This document shows, piece after piece, positions 26,049 to 38,879 of a stretch of 64,000 bases of DNA (positions are counted from its first letter, which is position 1; each line of letters opens with the position of its first letter). The DNA comes from Callorhinchus milii (lineage: Eukaryota), in the NCBI RefSeq assembly GCF_018977255.1, contig NW_024704742.1, forward strand, positions 32,180,001 through 32,244,000, given 5' to 3'. The translations under genes were made by a program, and so were the position numbers. The notes beneath the pieces were generated by a model. The model had not been told where the DNA came from and made no database searches. It worked only from the letters and a program-made list of their open reading frames with translations.

Positions 26049-26707
26049 ATTGAAGAGATTTGCGATGTCCTCCTGTTGTGAAAGGTGCTATACCTAAGCA
26101 AATCAAATTCCAAGGTTGCATCTTGAGAGCATTTGCCTGCAGGTTTAATAGAGAGAGAGGAATAATTCACATAGGACCTAAACTGGCTAAATAGGGCCCC
26201 CTTCACAGGTAACAACAGGGGCCCCTTCCAGGAATAACTAGCTAGTCAGATAGCTGATGAGGATGGATTTCTATATGTGTTAGACACCCAACTGAGCAAA
26301 ACCAAGGAAAACTGCAAGAGTAAAGGTGGGGGAACTTCAAGAGTTTCAGGGATGCAGTCATCAGCCGACGCAGATTGTTTTTTACTCTCTCCCTTTCAAT
26401 CGCTATTTATTTTGTGACTTCTGTACTTTTTAAGGGTTTGAAGATAGTTATGGGAACTATCCACTAGAACTCAAGGCTGGATGGGTTAGACCCACACCCA
26501 CTAGATCCTTGTCATTCCTGGACTAGCTGTATCCCTTTTACCCCATTCTTCACATAACTATGCCTGTGGCTGTCTGTTTGTAATTTCATGGCAGGTGTTG
26601 ATTTGCTTTGCAGATTATGGTTTACAAAAATTGTAAACATTGGATTGTTACTGTTTTTAATTAAAAATCAGCACAACGCAATCCGTAATCTTTTTTTCCA
26701 GCTTAGT

Positions 26708-27449
26708 CCAGCCGACTATGGGAACTCTCTCCTCGCCGGCCTTCCCGGCACCTCCCTCCACAAGCTGCAGGTCATTCAGAACTCTGCAGCTCGTGTACTG
26801 TCCCGCACCAGGCTTCGCGACCACATCACTCCCACCCTCGCTCGCCTCCACTGGCTCCCCATCCCCCAGAGGATTGAATTCAAGATCCTCATCCTCACCT
26901 ACAAGGCCATTCACGGCCTTGCTCCCTCCTACCTCTCCAACCTACTATCCCCCTACCTACCTGCCCGTACCCTCCGTTCCTCTGGCTCCGGTCTGCTCCA
27001 CGTCCCCCGCCCCAACCGCCCTACTATCGGTGGCCGGGCCTTCAGCCTCTCAGCCCCCAGGCTCTGGAACTCTATCCCCCAGTGCCTTCGCCGCTTCCTC
27101 CCTTTCCTCCTTCAAGGCCGGTCTCAAAACCTTTCTCTTTGACCGAGCCTTCAGCTCCCCTCTCGACTCTCTTCCTCCTCCCTCCCTCCCTTCCCTCCCC
27201 TCACCCTGACCATTTCCCCCCTCCTCTCTCCCTCCCTTCCCTCCCCTCACCCTGACCATTTCCCCCCTCCTCTCTCCCTCCCTTCCCTCCCCTCACCCTG
27301 ACCATTTCCCCCTCCTCGCTCCCTCCCTTCCCTCCCCTCACCCTGACCATTTCCCCCCTGCTCGGGTCATGACCCAACTGTGCAGCGCCTTGGGACGTCC
27401 TCCTGACGTGAAAGGCGCTCTATAAATGGAATCTTGTTGTTGTTGTTGT
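26708..27449 (+). mobile_element. 5'-truncated L2-clade LINE: ORF2 C-terminus, 3' UTR and (TTG)n tail
   Basis: DYGNSLLAGLP..LQVIQNSAARVL..HITPTLARLHWLPIPQRIEFKIL..YKAIHGLAPSYL is typical of L2 ORF2. Stem-loop tail at 27384-27419. Confidence 0.93.
27175..27358 (+). repeat. Pyrimidine-rich tandem repeat (about 44 bp, about 4 copies) inside an L2 3' UTR
   Basis: CTCCCTCCCTTCCCTCCCCTCACCCTGACCATTTCCCCC is repeated here; the related L2 at about 47930-47970 has a single copy. Confidence 0.9.
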
Positions 27450-27803
27450 AGTCTTACTGTAACTAAAATATTGCTTAAAAGTTAAGAGAAAACTATCTTC
27501 CAAAGTTCAACAAAAACAATTACATTGATATGACACCTTTCACGTCAGGAGGTTGAATCGAAGCATTTCAGAGCTGACTGGGAGACTGAGCTGGGGACGG
27601 AGGAGGGGGAAAAGAAAGATGATCAAAAACATTGTTGAAAAGCAATCATTTTAACTTTCAAACTGATTGCTTGATGCAACAGACAAGAAGAATTTCTGAC
27701 TGTATGTGTGCCCTCTGTACTAGTGCAGCAGAGCGACAAAGCTGCTAATGTAATTTCTTTCTGCTAAATTTCAATCAGCAGCTACCCTTTCCTGTAAAAC
27801 TGA

Positions 27804-29001
27804 AACAACAAGTTGCATTTATATAGTGCCCTTCACGTGGGGTAGCGTCCTGGTGCGCTTGACAGTGGCGGAGTCTGACTCCGAGCCGCGGGGAGAGGGC
27901 GGGTAGGAGGTGACCGTAAGCACGATCAAAAAGGAAGGTCTTTAGGCAGGATTTGAAGGTGATGACGGAGGAGGCAAGGCGGAGGGATCGAGGGAGAGAG
28001 TTTCAGAACGTAGTGGCTGAAGGCACGACCACCGATGGTGGAGTGGAGAGCACGAGGGACAAATGGGAGACTGGAGCCGGCCGAGTGGAAGCAGCGGGTG
28101 GTGGAGTGGGGGGGGGGGGGAAGCAGGTCGGACTGGTAAGGGAGGTTTGAGGTCATGAAGGGATTTGAAAATGAGTGAGAGGATCTTGACGGCGATCCAT
28201 TTGGTGATTGGGAGCCAGTGGAGCCTGGCAAAGACTGGTTTGATGGGGGTACAAAGTTTTGTGCGGGTGGATATCCAGCAGCAGAGTTTTGTGTATGGTG
28301 CAACTGGGGAGATCAGTGAGGATGGCATTGGAATAGTCCGGCCGGGAAGTGACCAAGGTGCGGACGGGGGTTTCAGCTGTGTACGGACGGAGACGGGCAA
28401 TGGTGACGGAAGTGAAAAAAAGCGCTCCTAGTCAGGGAATGGATGTGGGGTAGAAAGGAAAGCTGGGGATCGAACCTAATGCCTAAGCTGCACACACGTT
28501 TGGATAGTCTGAGGGAAAGCCCAGGGAAGTTGAAGAGTTCAGAGCCACAGAAGAGAAGATGTTGATGGGAGCCAAAGAGTATAGCTTCCGTTTTGCCAAC
28601 GTTCAGCTGCGGGTAATTTGCGCTAATCCATGCTTTGATGTCCACCAAACAAGCAGCTGGAAGAGGAGAAGTAGATTTGTGTGTCATCTGCATACATGTG
28701 GAACATGACCCCATGTCTGTGGATGACATCGCCAAGAGGGAGCATATAGATGAGGAAAAGAAGGGGGCCAAGTATGGTGCCTTGGTGTACCCCACAGGTG
28801 ACCGGGCTGGGGGCGAGAGGAAAAAACATTTACCGAGATGAAGCGCCGGCGGTTGGTTAAGTAGGACTCGAACCATATGAGTGCGGTCCCAGGGGAGGCG
28901 GTGGAGGAGGATGGCGTGATCGACTGTGTCGAACGCAGTGGAGAGGTCCAGGAGAACGAGGAGGCAGAGGAAGCCTGGTCACAGAGAGAGAGAGGAGGCA
29001 T
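27804..29001 (-). mobile_element. Older L2-clade LINE fragment including the RT core, frameshifted
   Basis: [33 protein letters not shown] (YADD at 28683-28694), followed by LNVGKTEAI and ARLHWLPI. Confidence 0.92.
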
Positions 29002-29043
29002 TTGTTACTTTGACGTAACGGGACAAACAGGAGGATGGATTAT

Positions 29044-29106
29044 TTACAAATAATTAGGATCATAATTACAAATAATTAGGATCATAATTACAAATAATTA
29101 GGATCA
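29044..29106. repeat. 22-bp tandem repeat, about 3 copies (TTACAAATAATTAGGATCATAA)
   Basis: Directly visible. Confidence 0.9.
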
Positions 29107-32100
29107 ACCCCACTCAATCTGCTAACAGATGATTTTTAATATTTAAACATTAAATGCTGATAGTGATCAGGAAAGTGGCTGAGAGAAGTTGCTGAACCAA
29201 ACATCAGAACGGAATTAACATGAGGAGCGATACAGCCATTCATCCAAGATGACTCAGATTCAACTGTGCATAAAAATTCAGTTTCAAGGCTCAATAAACA
29301 CTCAAAAAAAACAGCCTGCCGCACAGTCACACTGCTCGCTGTCTGCAAAAAGTTTTTAAAATCAAACTTTAACATTTTCTTAATTTTGAGTTTTTTTAAA
29401 AAAAAATCTACCCAAGTTTTGAAATCATTACAGCTGAAGAAACTCCTTTTTCAAACTACAGAATTAAGCCAAGCATATTATCTATATATATATATATATA
29501 TGCATGTATATATATGCGTGTGTGTGTTTTATGCTGGGACGCTATCCAGCGTGAAGGGCGCTATATAAATGCAAGTTGTTGGTTTATAAAATCTCTCTTG
29601 GTCGTATTATTGTAGCTATGGTTATGGAAACCTGCAGTGGTGGGGAAGCACAGGATTTGACAGAAGCCATTTTGGGGCTGAGCAGAACAGTCACGATCAG
29701 GACCCAAAAAACTACGCAGCAAAGTTGTGAAAGAAAGATGGGATGTGCTGGGAGCTGACATGCGCATTTTATCATTTAGAAACAGACTCCTGCAATGCCA
29801 GTTTTTAATTGAGATTCTAAAGAGATTCTGAGATCCGAAAATAATCTTTGTTGTGCTTTCTGGATCACGTCGGGAATCGAGTTAATAATGTGAGCAGTGC
29901 AGTAATGTGGCTGCTGCCGGCTGCAATGTCAGACCAGCCAGTGGATGTCATGTTAAATCAAGGTCCCATCTGCCTGTGTCAGGTGGATATGAGCCGTCTC
30001 AAAGCGCTTCACAGAATATACTGTAAAGTGAGCTGTCTGTATATTTTGTGGACAAAACACCAATTGCGCACAGCAGTGTCCCACAAACAGTCGTGGATTG
30101 AGTGACACAATGATGCAAATGTGCGCTGTTTTTATCCACAAAAAAAGTCACGACATTTGACAACAATTAATGCACTTATAAAGCACGTTGAGATGTTCAA
30201 CATAAACATACATTTTTTTCTTCTTTTTTTCCCCCATCAGCTTCTTAAGATTGGGACCCTATCGTGAATCAAACTGTGTGGAAAAGGAGATCAATTGATA
30301 GCCATTGACAGTCTCTTCTGTTAACGTGTTTTTAAAGCCAGTGTGTGGGGCAGGTTACAGCAAGTGGGGTTCGGAGACTGTGCATGGTGCAGACCAGGGA
30401 AAACATTCCTCCTCCTCCCCCCCCCCCACACACACACACACACAGGCTCTCGTTCCCCCACATATGACCCATTCAGTAGGGGGATAAACTGTCTTCCATT
30501 TATACCACTTGTTGATCATGAGAAAGTCCAATCACAAATTATTTTAAAATATTTTTACAATCTTGCAAATAAAATGTCTTGCTTTTCCAAACAGAAGAGT
30601 GCCACCATCCCATCGAAGAGAAACAGTAACTGACTGTTGAGCCAGTACACAGGTGTTCCAGCTCAAGAGAAAGACTCACAAACACGTAGTCCGCCAGTGA
30701 CAGACTGTACAACACCAAAACCTCCCCGAAGATTACCACTGGACGTTTAAAGACACAAATGCATTCTGCATTGGAACCGGCTGTAATGTTTCAGCAATTA
30801 CAATCTATTGGAATAACCGCACAAACAGGAAATCAAAGGGCTCAGTCATATCCATGCATTTAACAAGCAGGAACAAAAACAAATGGTCAGATGCTGAGTA
30901 CAGCACAGGAACAGAGCGACGATTGAAGCTCTCCAACCATTAGATCATGATAAAGAGTGTCATTGGCTGCAGCTATCAACACCGGGGCTGTCAGAATAAC
31001 ACAAACTGTAACATGGTGTTGCTGTATCTTACAGAGCCATGGCTAGAACCTGTGTAAAAAAAAAAGCCCTTAATGCGACTTGCTCCTTGTTAAGCCTACT
31101 GCTCCCCCGTTAGGAGAAACAAATGGTTAGGAAGGGGAAAGCGAAGGGAATGAAGTCTGTGATACTGCACAAGCGTAAACACTGGTGTTCCATCCCTGTT
31201 CAGAAGCAATTTTTTTTAATAAAAAGTAAAAAAATGTAATTGAAACTAAACTTGTTGCTATGTGGCAAGTAAGTGCAAAATCGTTCTGTGGATGGGTTAA
31301 AGATTTTCCTGATGATAACTCACATGCCTCATTTCCCTCCTCCCAGTTAAATTCAGAATCCTGCTGGTCTGACAGTCCAGGTTGACACTGCAGGCAGCGC
31401 TGGGGACATCAATGCATGGTCGAAGGTGCCGTACTTCGGATGAGATGGGTCCTGGCCACCAGTCATTCAAAATGCAAATAAAATGGTCATTCATTTCATG
31501 TTTGTTTAGAGGACATTGCTGCGCTCAAATTGGCTGCTCCATTCACCTAAAAAGTACAGTCACTAGACTTTACAATAAATCCTGTGAAGCGCTTTGAGAC
31601 ATCTCAAACATGCTAAGGTTTTATACCAAATACAAGGATTATTAGCAGTAGTACATTGAGGTGGCTTTGCCCTGTGCTGTCCATGGGAGCAGCTCTAAGG
31701 AATAGATTTCTGTGTGAGCTCCTTCTAAACAGTCAGGCAACCTCCTAAACTTGAGGGAAAAATAAGTAAGAATCTGCAATTACAATCAGTCACTCTGGTT
31801 CAGAGCCACTGTGATGTAGCCAAAGGCGACATAAAATAGAAAGCTGAAGAGAATCTCTCCTGAATAAACTTCTAAGGAAAGTAAGGACACATTTTCCATG
31901 TCTGACAGTTTCAATGGCAATACTCAAACCATCACTGTAGTGTGTAAGCGCAAAAGTACCGTTAAGAGCTTCGATAAATCTCTTTCAGAAGCCATTACTT
32001 CAAGGATTAAAAACATGAACCTTAAGAAGTATAAAACAACATTTATATGGTTCTTGGCACTAAAGAAAACCACCGACACTGAATGTGAAATGGCACCCAA

Positions 32101-33029
32101 ATATTTGGCTGCAGCCCAGTGACTCTTGCACTAGTAAACATTACTTTTATGTAATTGTTGAAGTAAATGGTGCTGGCAGGAAAATTCTCATTTAGGGAAC
32201 TACTTCTGCAACACAGTTGTACCAATCTATGCAACTATAGCTACGTAAGCCAACAGATATGCCACAGTGAAGAATGCACTGGTCTTAAGTCCGCAGAATA
32301 CAATAATGCAGAGACATGTTTTCAGTTGATTTTCTATAGTCTGAGGAGGAAGGATCCCACTACAATTGTGCTATGTTCATTCAGATAAAGAAAAAAATAA
32401 TCCTTGGATTTGATGTAGGACCTTTCACGTCAGGAAGAAATCTCAAAGCGCTACACAGGATGTACTGTAAACAACAACAACAAGATTTCATTTATAGAGC
32501 GCCTTTCACGTCGGGAGGACGTCCCAAGGCGCCCCCAAGTGCAGTGACTTGCTTTTTGTAGGCGGATAAGTGCACTTCTGGACAGTGATGTAGCAAAAGC
32601 CGTCGGTGTATTATCAAAAATTTAAATACAGTGAATAGAGAGAGGTTTCAACACTCCAAACAACCAACACAAGAATTCTGTCTCTCAATTACATTTGCGG
32701 ACAGTACCGTTAGAACCATCTGCTGTGTCCTCTGAGTCAACTGGTGAATAAAATCAATAGCACAAGATCTGTAGAATGCACTTCATATCCTGTGAATAAG
32801 CTCGATTCCCTTTGTATCAGAGGCAACTTAAAATAAATCAAGAAAAATAACACTGTGCTGTGCTTCTAATGCATGCAAAAGGATTATATAAATTCCAACA
32901 CAATACTTCAAAACATTTCATGGAACACTGAAGCATTCTTCTCCTGTGTATATGAAAACAAATTTAGTTGGGGGTAAAATATGAATATCCAATAAAGTAC
33001 CTGTTATGCGTTTCTCAGAAGAATGCTTG

Positions 33030-33265
33030 TGCCCTCTGGAACTCCATCCCGCAGTCCCTCCGACTCGCCCCCTCCCTCGCCACCTTCAAGACCCATCTCA
33101 AGATCCTCCTCTTCGACCGTGCTTTCGATCTCCCGGCCTCCCCCCTGCTGCCCTCCACCCTCCCCCACCACCAGCTCGGGTACATAACTCTGTCTGTCCA
33201 GCGCCTTGGGACGTCCTCCCGATGTGAAAGACGCTTTACAAATGTAATTTTGTTGTTGTTGTTGT
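33030..33265 (+). mobile_element. L2 3' end
   Basis: LWNSIPQSLRLAPSLATFKTHLK, followed by the tail hairpin and (TTG)n. Confidence 0.88.
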
Positions 33266-33471
33266 GTCCTACTGAGGATGGTGCCATTCAGTTTACATAA
33301 TTAAAGCCTATTTGAGACATTTTCTAATGTTCAGCAATAGGTTTCTGTAAATTTCTCTTGTGTTTTTCTGGAGTCAGCTTAACTCACGGAAGGAAGGCTC
33401 AAAGATTTGCAAGAGGAAAAATGTTTTGAATAAAAGGCTTAAATGGCAGTGGACAAAAAGGCTCTGTGCTA

Positions 33472-34773
33472 TAATTACACTTTTTTCGAAAAAAAAGAAA
33501 AACGTGGATAAAAGATTGAGTTTTAATCTTGGTGGTATTAAATCTTGTCCATCTACAGAAATGGGTCAACAGCAATATGTGCTTTAATATCACATAGAAT
33601 GGAACGAGATTCATCAGCTACACTTCATAAAACTAACCAAATCCAGACTTCTCCACTTGGCTCCATACAACACATTGCTGCATTTACCAAACACAAGTCT
33701 GACATTTAGTACACAGCACACTGTATGTGGACATATATGTGTGTGTGTGTGTGGGTAGGTATGTGTATATATGTGTGCGTGCATGCGTGCAGTTGTGTAG
33801 TATAACAGCTTTGCACACACAAAAACTGTTGTGGAAACACAGTTGTTGTTAAAGCCTCTCAGTAAATACTTAAGTTTAAAACAATAATAATGATCCTTAA
33901 TAATAATAATAATCCTTGCATTTGAAATAGCGCTTTTCACGTCTTCTAGATGTCCCAAAGCAGAAGACACAGAACACACTGTAAAGTGAATTGACTGTAT
34001 ATTTGTGGGTGAACGCGGCAGCCAATTGCGCACAGCAATGTCCCACAAACAGTCGTAGATTGAAAATGACCAATTTATTATTGCTTTTGGAGGGATTATT
34101 ATCCCTAATCACGTCTTCGAGACTTCTCGAAGCGCTTCACAGAATATTCTGTAAAATGAATTGAATGTATATTTTGTGGGACACTGCTGTGTGCAGACAA
34201 TTGCACACAGCAGTGTCCCACAAACAGTCGTGGATTGAGTGACCAAATTATTATTATTATTATTTTTTTCTTGAGGGATTATTATCAGACATGTGAAGTA
34301 AGGAAACTTGCCGAAGGTTTTGCCCTGTTGGGAATCGAACCCAGGTCTCTCGCAGGACTCCTGTAGTAAATCCACGACTGTTTGTGGGACACTGCTGTGC
34401 GCAATTGGCTGTCGTGTTTCCCCCACAAAATACAGTCAATTTACTTTACAGTATATTCTGTGAAGATGTCTTCTAGACATCTAGAAGACGTGATAAGGCG
34501 CTGTATCAAATGCAAGGATTATTATTATTGTTAATCTTTTAAACTTAAGGTTTGGTAAATGCAGCAATATGTTGCATGGAACAAAGTGGAGAAGTCTGGA
34601 TTTGGTTAGTTTTATGAAGTGTAGCTGATGAATCTCGTTCCATTCGATGTGGTGTTAAAACACCTATTGCTATTGACCCATTTCTGTAGATGTGGACAAG
34701 ATTTAATACCACCAAGATTAAAACTCAATCTTTTATCCACGTTTTTCTTTTCTTTAGAAAAAAAGTGTAATTA
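33472..34773. repeat. Inverted duplication; non-SINE arms at 33472-33692 and 34550-34773
   Basis: Arms are reverse complements, for example AAACGTGGATAAAAGATTGAGTTTTAATCTTGGTGGTATTAAATCTTGTCCA versus TGGACAAGATTTAATACCACCAAGATTAAAACTCAATCTTTTATCCACGTTT. Confidence 0.95.
33898..34530. mobile_element. Cluster of three SINE pieces: 33898-34108 (-), 34109-34365 (-) and 34367-34530 (+)
   Basis: Consensus matches. The cluster forms the centre of an inverted duplication. Confidence 0.8.
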
Positions 34774-35099
34774 ATGCCAACATTGTCAAATGGCTTAGAA
34801 AAACAAGGATCAACCATGGGCACAGCCGAGTCCAGCCACTTCATTAAGTTAGATTAATGGCAAACTTTCCAGTAAGCAAAGTTTATACACAAGTTGTGCA
34901 CAGTTGGCACGTTTAATTGAGTCACAACACATTACTACTTGGGTACTTGGGGGTGGTGGGGGAGTTTTTTGAATTTTGCCTTCACTTTTCACAACGGAGA
35001 GTAACATTTAAATAAAGGATTATAAAAAAGTAATGGTTGAATGTACGGATGATTTGTCCCTGAGCTATGTATATATATATACACACACACATATGTATA

Positions 35100-35371
35100 T
35101 AATAATCCTTGCATTTGATATAGCACCTCATCTCAAAGCGCTTCACACAATAGACTGTAAAGTGAATTGACTGTACATTTGTGGGCGAAACATGGCAGCC
35201 AATTGCGCACAGCAGTGTCCCATAAACAGTCGTGGACTGAAGTGACCAATATATTATTGTTTTTTGGGGGGGATTATTATCAGGCGTGCGGAGTAAGGAA
35301 ACTTGCCCAAGATTTCGACCTGCTGGGAATCAAACCCAGGTGTCTCGCTTGTAAGGCAAGTGCTCTAACCA
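35100..35371 (-). mobile_element. tRNA-derived SINE
   Basis: Consensus match from the tail into the head. Confidence 0.8.
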
Positions 35372-37379
35372 CTATATATGTTGTTCAACAGATAGTACGC
35401 AGATAGTACACCAGTCAGAGTGTACCCTCACCAATGTTTCACATGGCTGATACTAAGACACCGAGGCCATCCCAGGTGAGATAGAAACAAACCAGTGGAT
35501 TGGATCTGTGCGACTCAGTTTCAAGCCAGGTTAAACCTTCACCATTTTGGGTGTGTGGTGGGGGGGGGGGGGGCAGATACTACAAGCTGTGAACCTGGAG
35601 CTGTAAATGATACCCTTGTATACGTAACCTATTAGCATTCACTCCAAAATTTCCGTCATAAATTTTTTTCCAATGAAAATAAAATTTCCCTCCCCATTCT
35701 CTCTCCTCACCCCCGCCCATCCACCCACTACATCGTCCATGTATATTTTACACAAATGCTGAACCTATGTGTACACATTAGGCGACAAAAAGCAAGTATT
35801 CTCAATCGATAAAATATTCATTTCTCTGTGGCTCCCATCGTGAATCCTGAAGGCCACTATGTTGCTCTTGCATCTCGTAATAATAACAATAACAAATAAC
35901 AAAATAACAAATAATAATAACAAATAATCCTTGAATATAGCGTTTTTCAACAACAAGAGCCAACAAGTTGCATTTATGGATCGACTCTCACGTCGGGAGG
36001 ACATCGCAAGGGGCAGGACAGTGAAGGGATTGCACACGAGCTGGGGATTGGAATCAAGACGGGTGAAGGGCAAGGGGAGTTGGGGTGGGAGGATGCCACG
36101 GTCAAAGCGGAAGGTTTTGAAACGACGAGAGGACATTAAAGCACTTCACAGAATTCACTGTAAAGTGTAGTGAGTGTACTTTGAGGTCAACACAGCAGCC
36201 AGTTATGCACACAGCAATGTCATGGCTGTCATCCTAACTGCTTCTCAGACAATATTCAAAACCAAATCAAGTGGTACATTAATTGGACAAGAGTTAACTA
36301 TCACGGTTCCAAACTCTTGTCTACGTATTAGTTCTTCAGGGGAACTGTGCCATGTTTTCACAGCTCCGATTGTTTCCGGTTTTCTCGTACAAGGGCTGAC
36401 TGGGCTCACACGGCATCCTTTGAGCTGAAAGCACAAACTGTGCAAACTCTGCACTTGCTGCAGCAAAGAACGTGCACTACACGGAGAGAGGTATCCAGAC
36501 TACAGAAGGCAACACGGCACAGTACTGCAGATGAGAACCGCAAGGGAAAGCGTATGTCAGGGCTTTCTTTGCTGCTCCTTTACTGAACAAGATCCCTGTG
36601 TATAGATGTCTAAGGTGAGGTTGTGCAAAAGGGGATCAATGAACAGGGTTCTTAATTATGAAAGTCCACGCAATTCAAACCAACACAAAGCACTTGCGTC
36701 TTGACCACTAAACTACCAATACTCTTATACTGTACTGAGAACATTCTCCTCCCTCGGCCACACAGTTTTATCTTTTACATTTTTAAATCTGGAAATGATT
36801 ACGTCAGGAAAATGAGATAGTGGCAGCAGAGTCTACGCAGCACCTTGTAAAGCTTCAATTACAAGACTGAAACCAGGAACCAAAGTGACGTCCAGAGTGT
36901 GTGGTTGGGGGGGGTGGGGGGGGGTGGGATGGATGACATTAAACAGCCGTTCCCACAAAATGTCACAGCATTCGGTCAAGAGTAAAAACATTAAAAATGC
37001 TGAATTAACCTTTCTCCTAGAACTTAGGGCATGTCATTTGGCAGAGAGACACACACACAGCGGAGGACTTTACAGAGGAGTTGTTTGTTTTGCAAAAATG
37101 CCTTTCTTAAATTAAACCTCGACACCGAAAACTGCGGACGGCGATCCTTGTGCGCTTCGGAATGTTTTAAGCTATAATTAATCAGGGATCCCATTCAATT
37201 AAGTAAATGGGTGGTGTGTGTGTGTGTGTGTGGGGGGGAGAGGAGGGATTACATCTGTTTCTGAGAGAAGTTTACAGCTTGTTTGAGCATTTGCTTATAA
37301 AGCAAAGACAGGGGACCTGAACCCTGACAACGTTTCACACACATCAATTTCAGTTGGTGTAACTAGTGATACACCAGAG

Positions 37380-38170
37380 AGACACAGCCACACCGACACA
37401 CACACACACAGACACATAGCCACACACACACACACACAGACACACAGCCACACACAGCCACAGACACACACACAGCCACAGACACACACACAGCCACACA
37501 CACACACACACAGCCACACACACACACACAGCCACACACACACACACACAGAGCCACACACACACACAGAGCCACACACACACACAGATACAGAGCCACA
37601 CACACACACAGATACAGAGCCACACACACACACAGATACAGAGCCACACACACACACAGATACAGAGCCACACACACACACAGACACAGAGCCACACACA
37701 CACACAGATACAGAGCCACACACACAGATACAGAGCCACACACACAGATACAGAGCCACACACACAGATACAGAGCCACACACACAGATACAGAGCCACA
37801 CACACAGATACAGAGCCACACACACAGATACAGAGCCACACACACAGATACAGAGCCACACACACAGATACAGAGCCACACACACAGATACAGAGCCACA
37901 CACACAGATACAGAGCCACACACACAGACACAGAGCCACACACACACACACAGACAGAGCCACACACACACACAGATACAGAGCCACACACACACACAGA
38001 TACAGAGCCACACACACACACAGATACAGAGCCACACACACACACAGATACAGAGCCACACACACACAGATACAGAGCCACACACACACACAGATACAGA
38101 GCCACACATACAGATACAGAGCCACACACACAGATACAGAGCCACACACACACACACACACACACACACA
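37380..38170. repeat. CA-based minisatellite, unit about CAGAGC(CA)nGATA, with an exact 20-bp period at about 37711-37920
   Basis: Directly visible tandem array. It produces the spurious Cys/Val ORFs in the track. Confidence 0.97.
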
Positions 38171-38300
38171 GGGGCTGTGGAGAAAATAAGTGCATTGACC
38201 GACAGTTCCCGGCAGAGCGCCAGTGGACAGTGAACCGCACACACATGACCTGTCAGCCATCGGACACGGCTTCTCCGTCTGTGACACCGTGAGAAGGAAT

Positions 38301-38870
38301 TGGGGAGTGGGTGAGGGGAGTGGGTGAGGGGGAGTGAGTGGGGGGGAGTGGAGGAGGGGAGGAGTGGGTGAGGGGAGAGTGAGGAGGGAGGGGGAGGAGT
38401 GGGGGGAGTGAGTGAGTGGGGGGAGTGAGTAAGTGGGGGGGAGTGAGTGGGGGTGAATGAGTGGGGGGAGTGAGTGGGGGTGAGTGAGTGGGGGTGAGTG
38501 AGTGAGTGGGGAGTGAGTGAGTGGGTGAGGGGGGAGTGGGTGATGGGGAGTGGGTGAGGGGGGAGTGGGTGGGTGAGGGGGGGGAGTGAGTGAGGGGGGG
38601 AGTGGGTGAGGGGGGGGGAGTGAGTGAGTGGGGGGGTGGGAGTGGGTGAGGGGGAGTGAGTGAGAGGGGGGGGGGAGTGGGTGAGGGGGGGAGTGAGTGA
38701 GGGGGGAGTGAGTGGGGGGGGAGTGAGTGAGGGGGGGAGTGGGTGGGGGGGAGTGAGTGAGTGGGGGGAGTGAGTGGAGGAGGGGGGGAGTGGGTGAGGG
38801 GAGTGAATGGGTGAGTGGGTGAGTGGGGGAGTGGGTGAGTGGGGAGTGGTGGTGGTGGGGAGTGGAGGGG
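38301..38870. repeat. G-rich low-complexity array built from G-run and GAGT units
   Basis: About 570 bp of almost only G, A and T on the + strand, with many runs of 3 or more G. Confidence 0.95.
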
Positions 38871-38879
38871 AATCAGAGC

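Noticed and set aside
37711..37920. Regular 20-bp periodicity resembling a CRISPR array
   Set aside because: No unique spacers, no cas genes and a vertebrate context.
37295..38287. Three long Cys/Val-rich ORFs (293-330 aa)
   Set aside because: They are translations of the CA/TG minisatellite.
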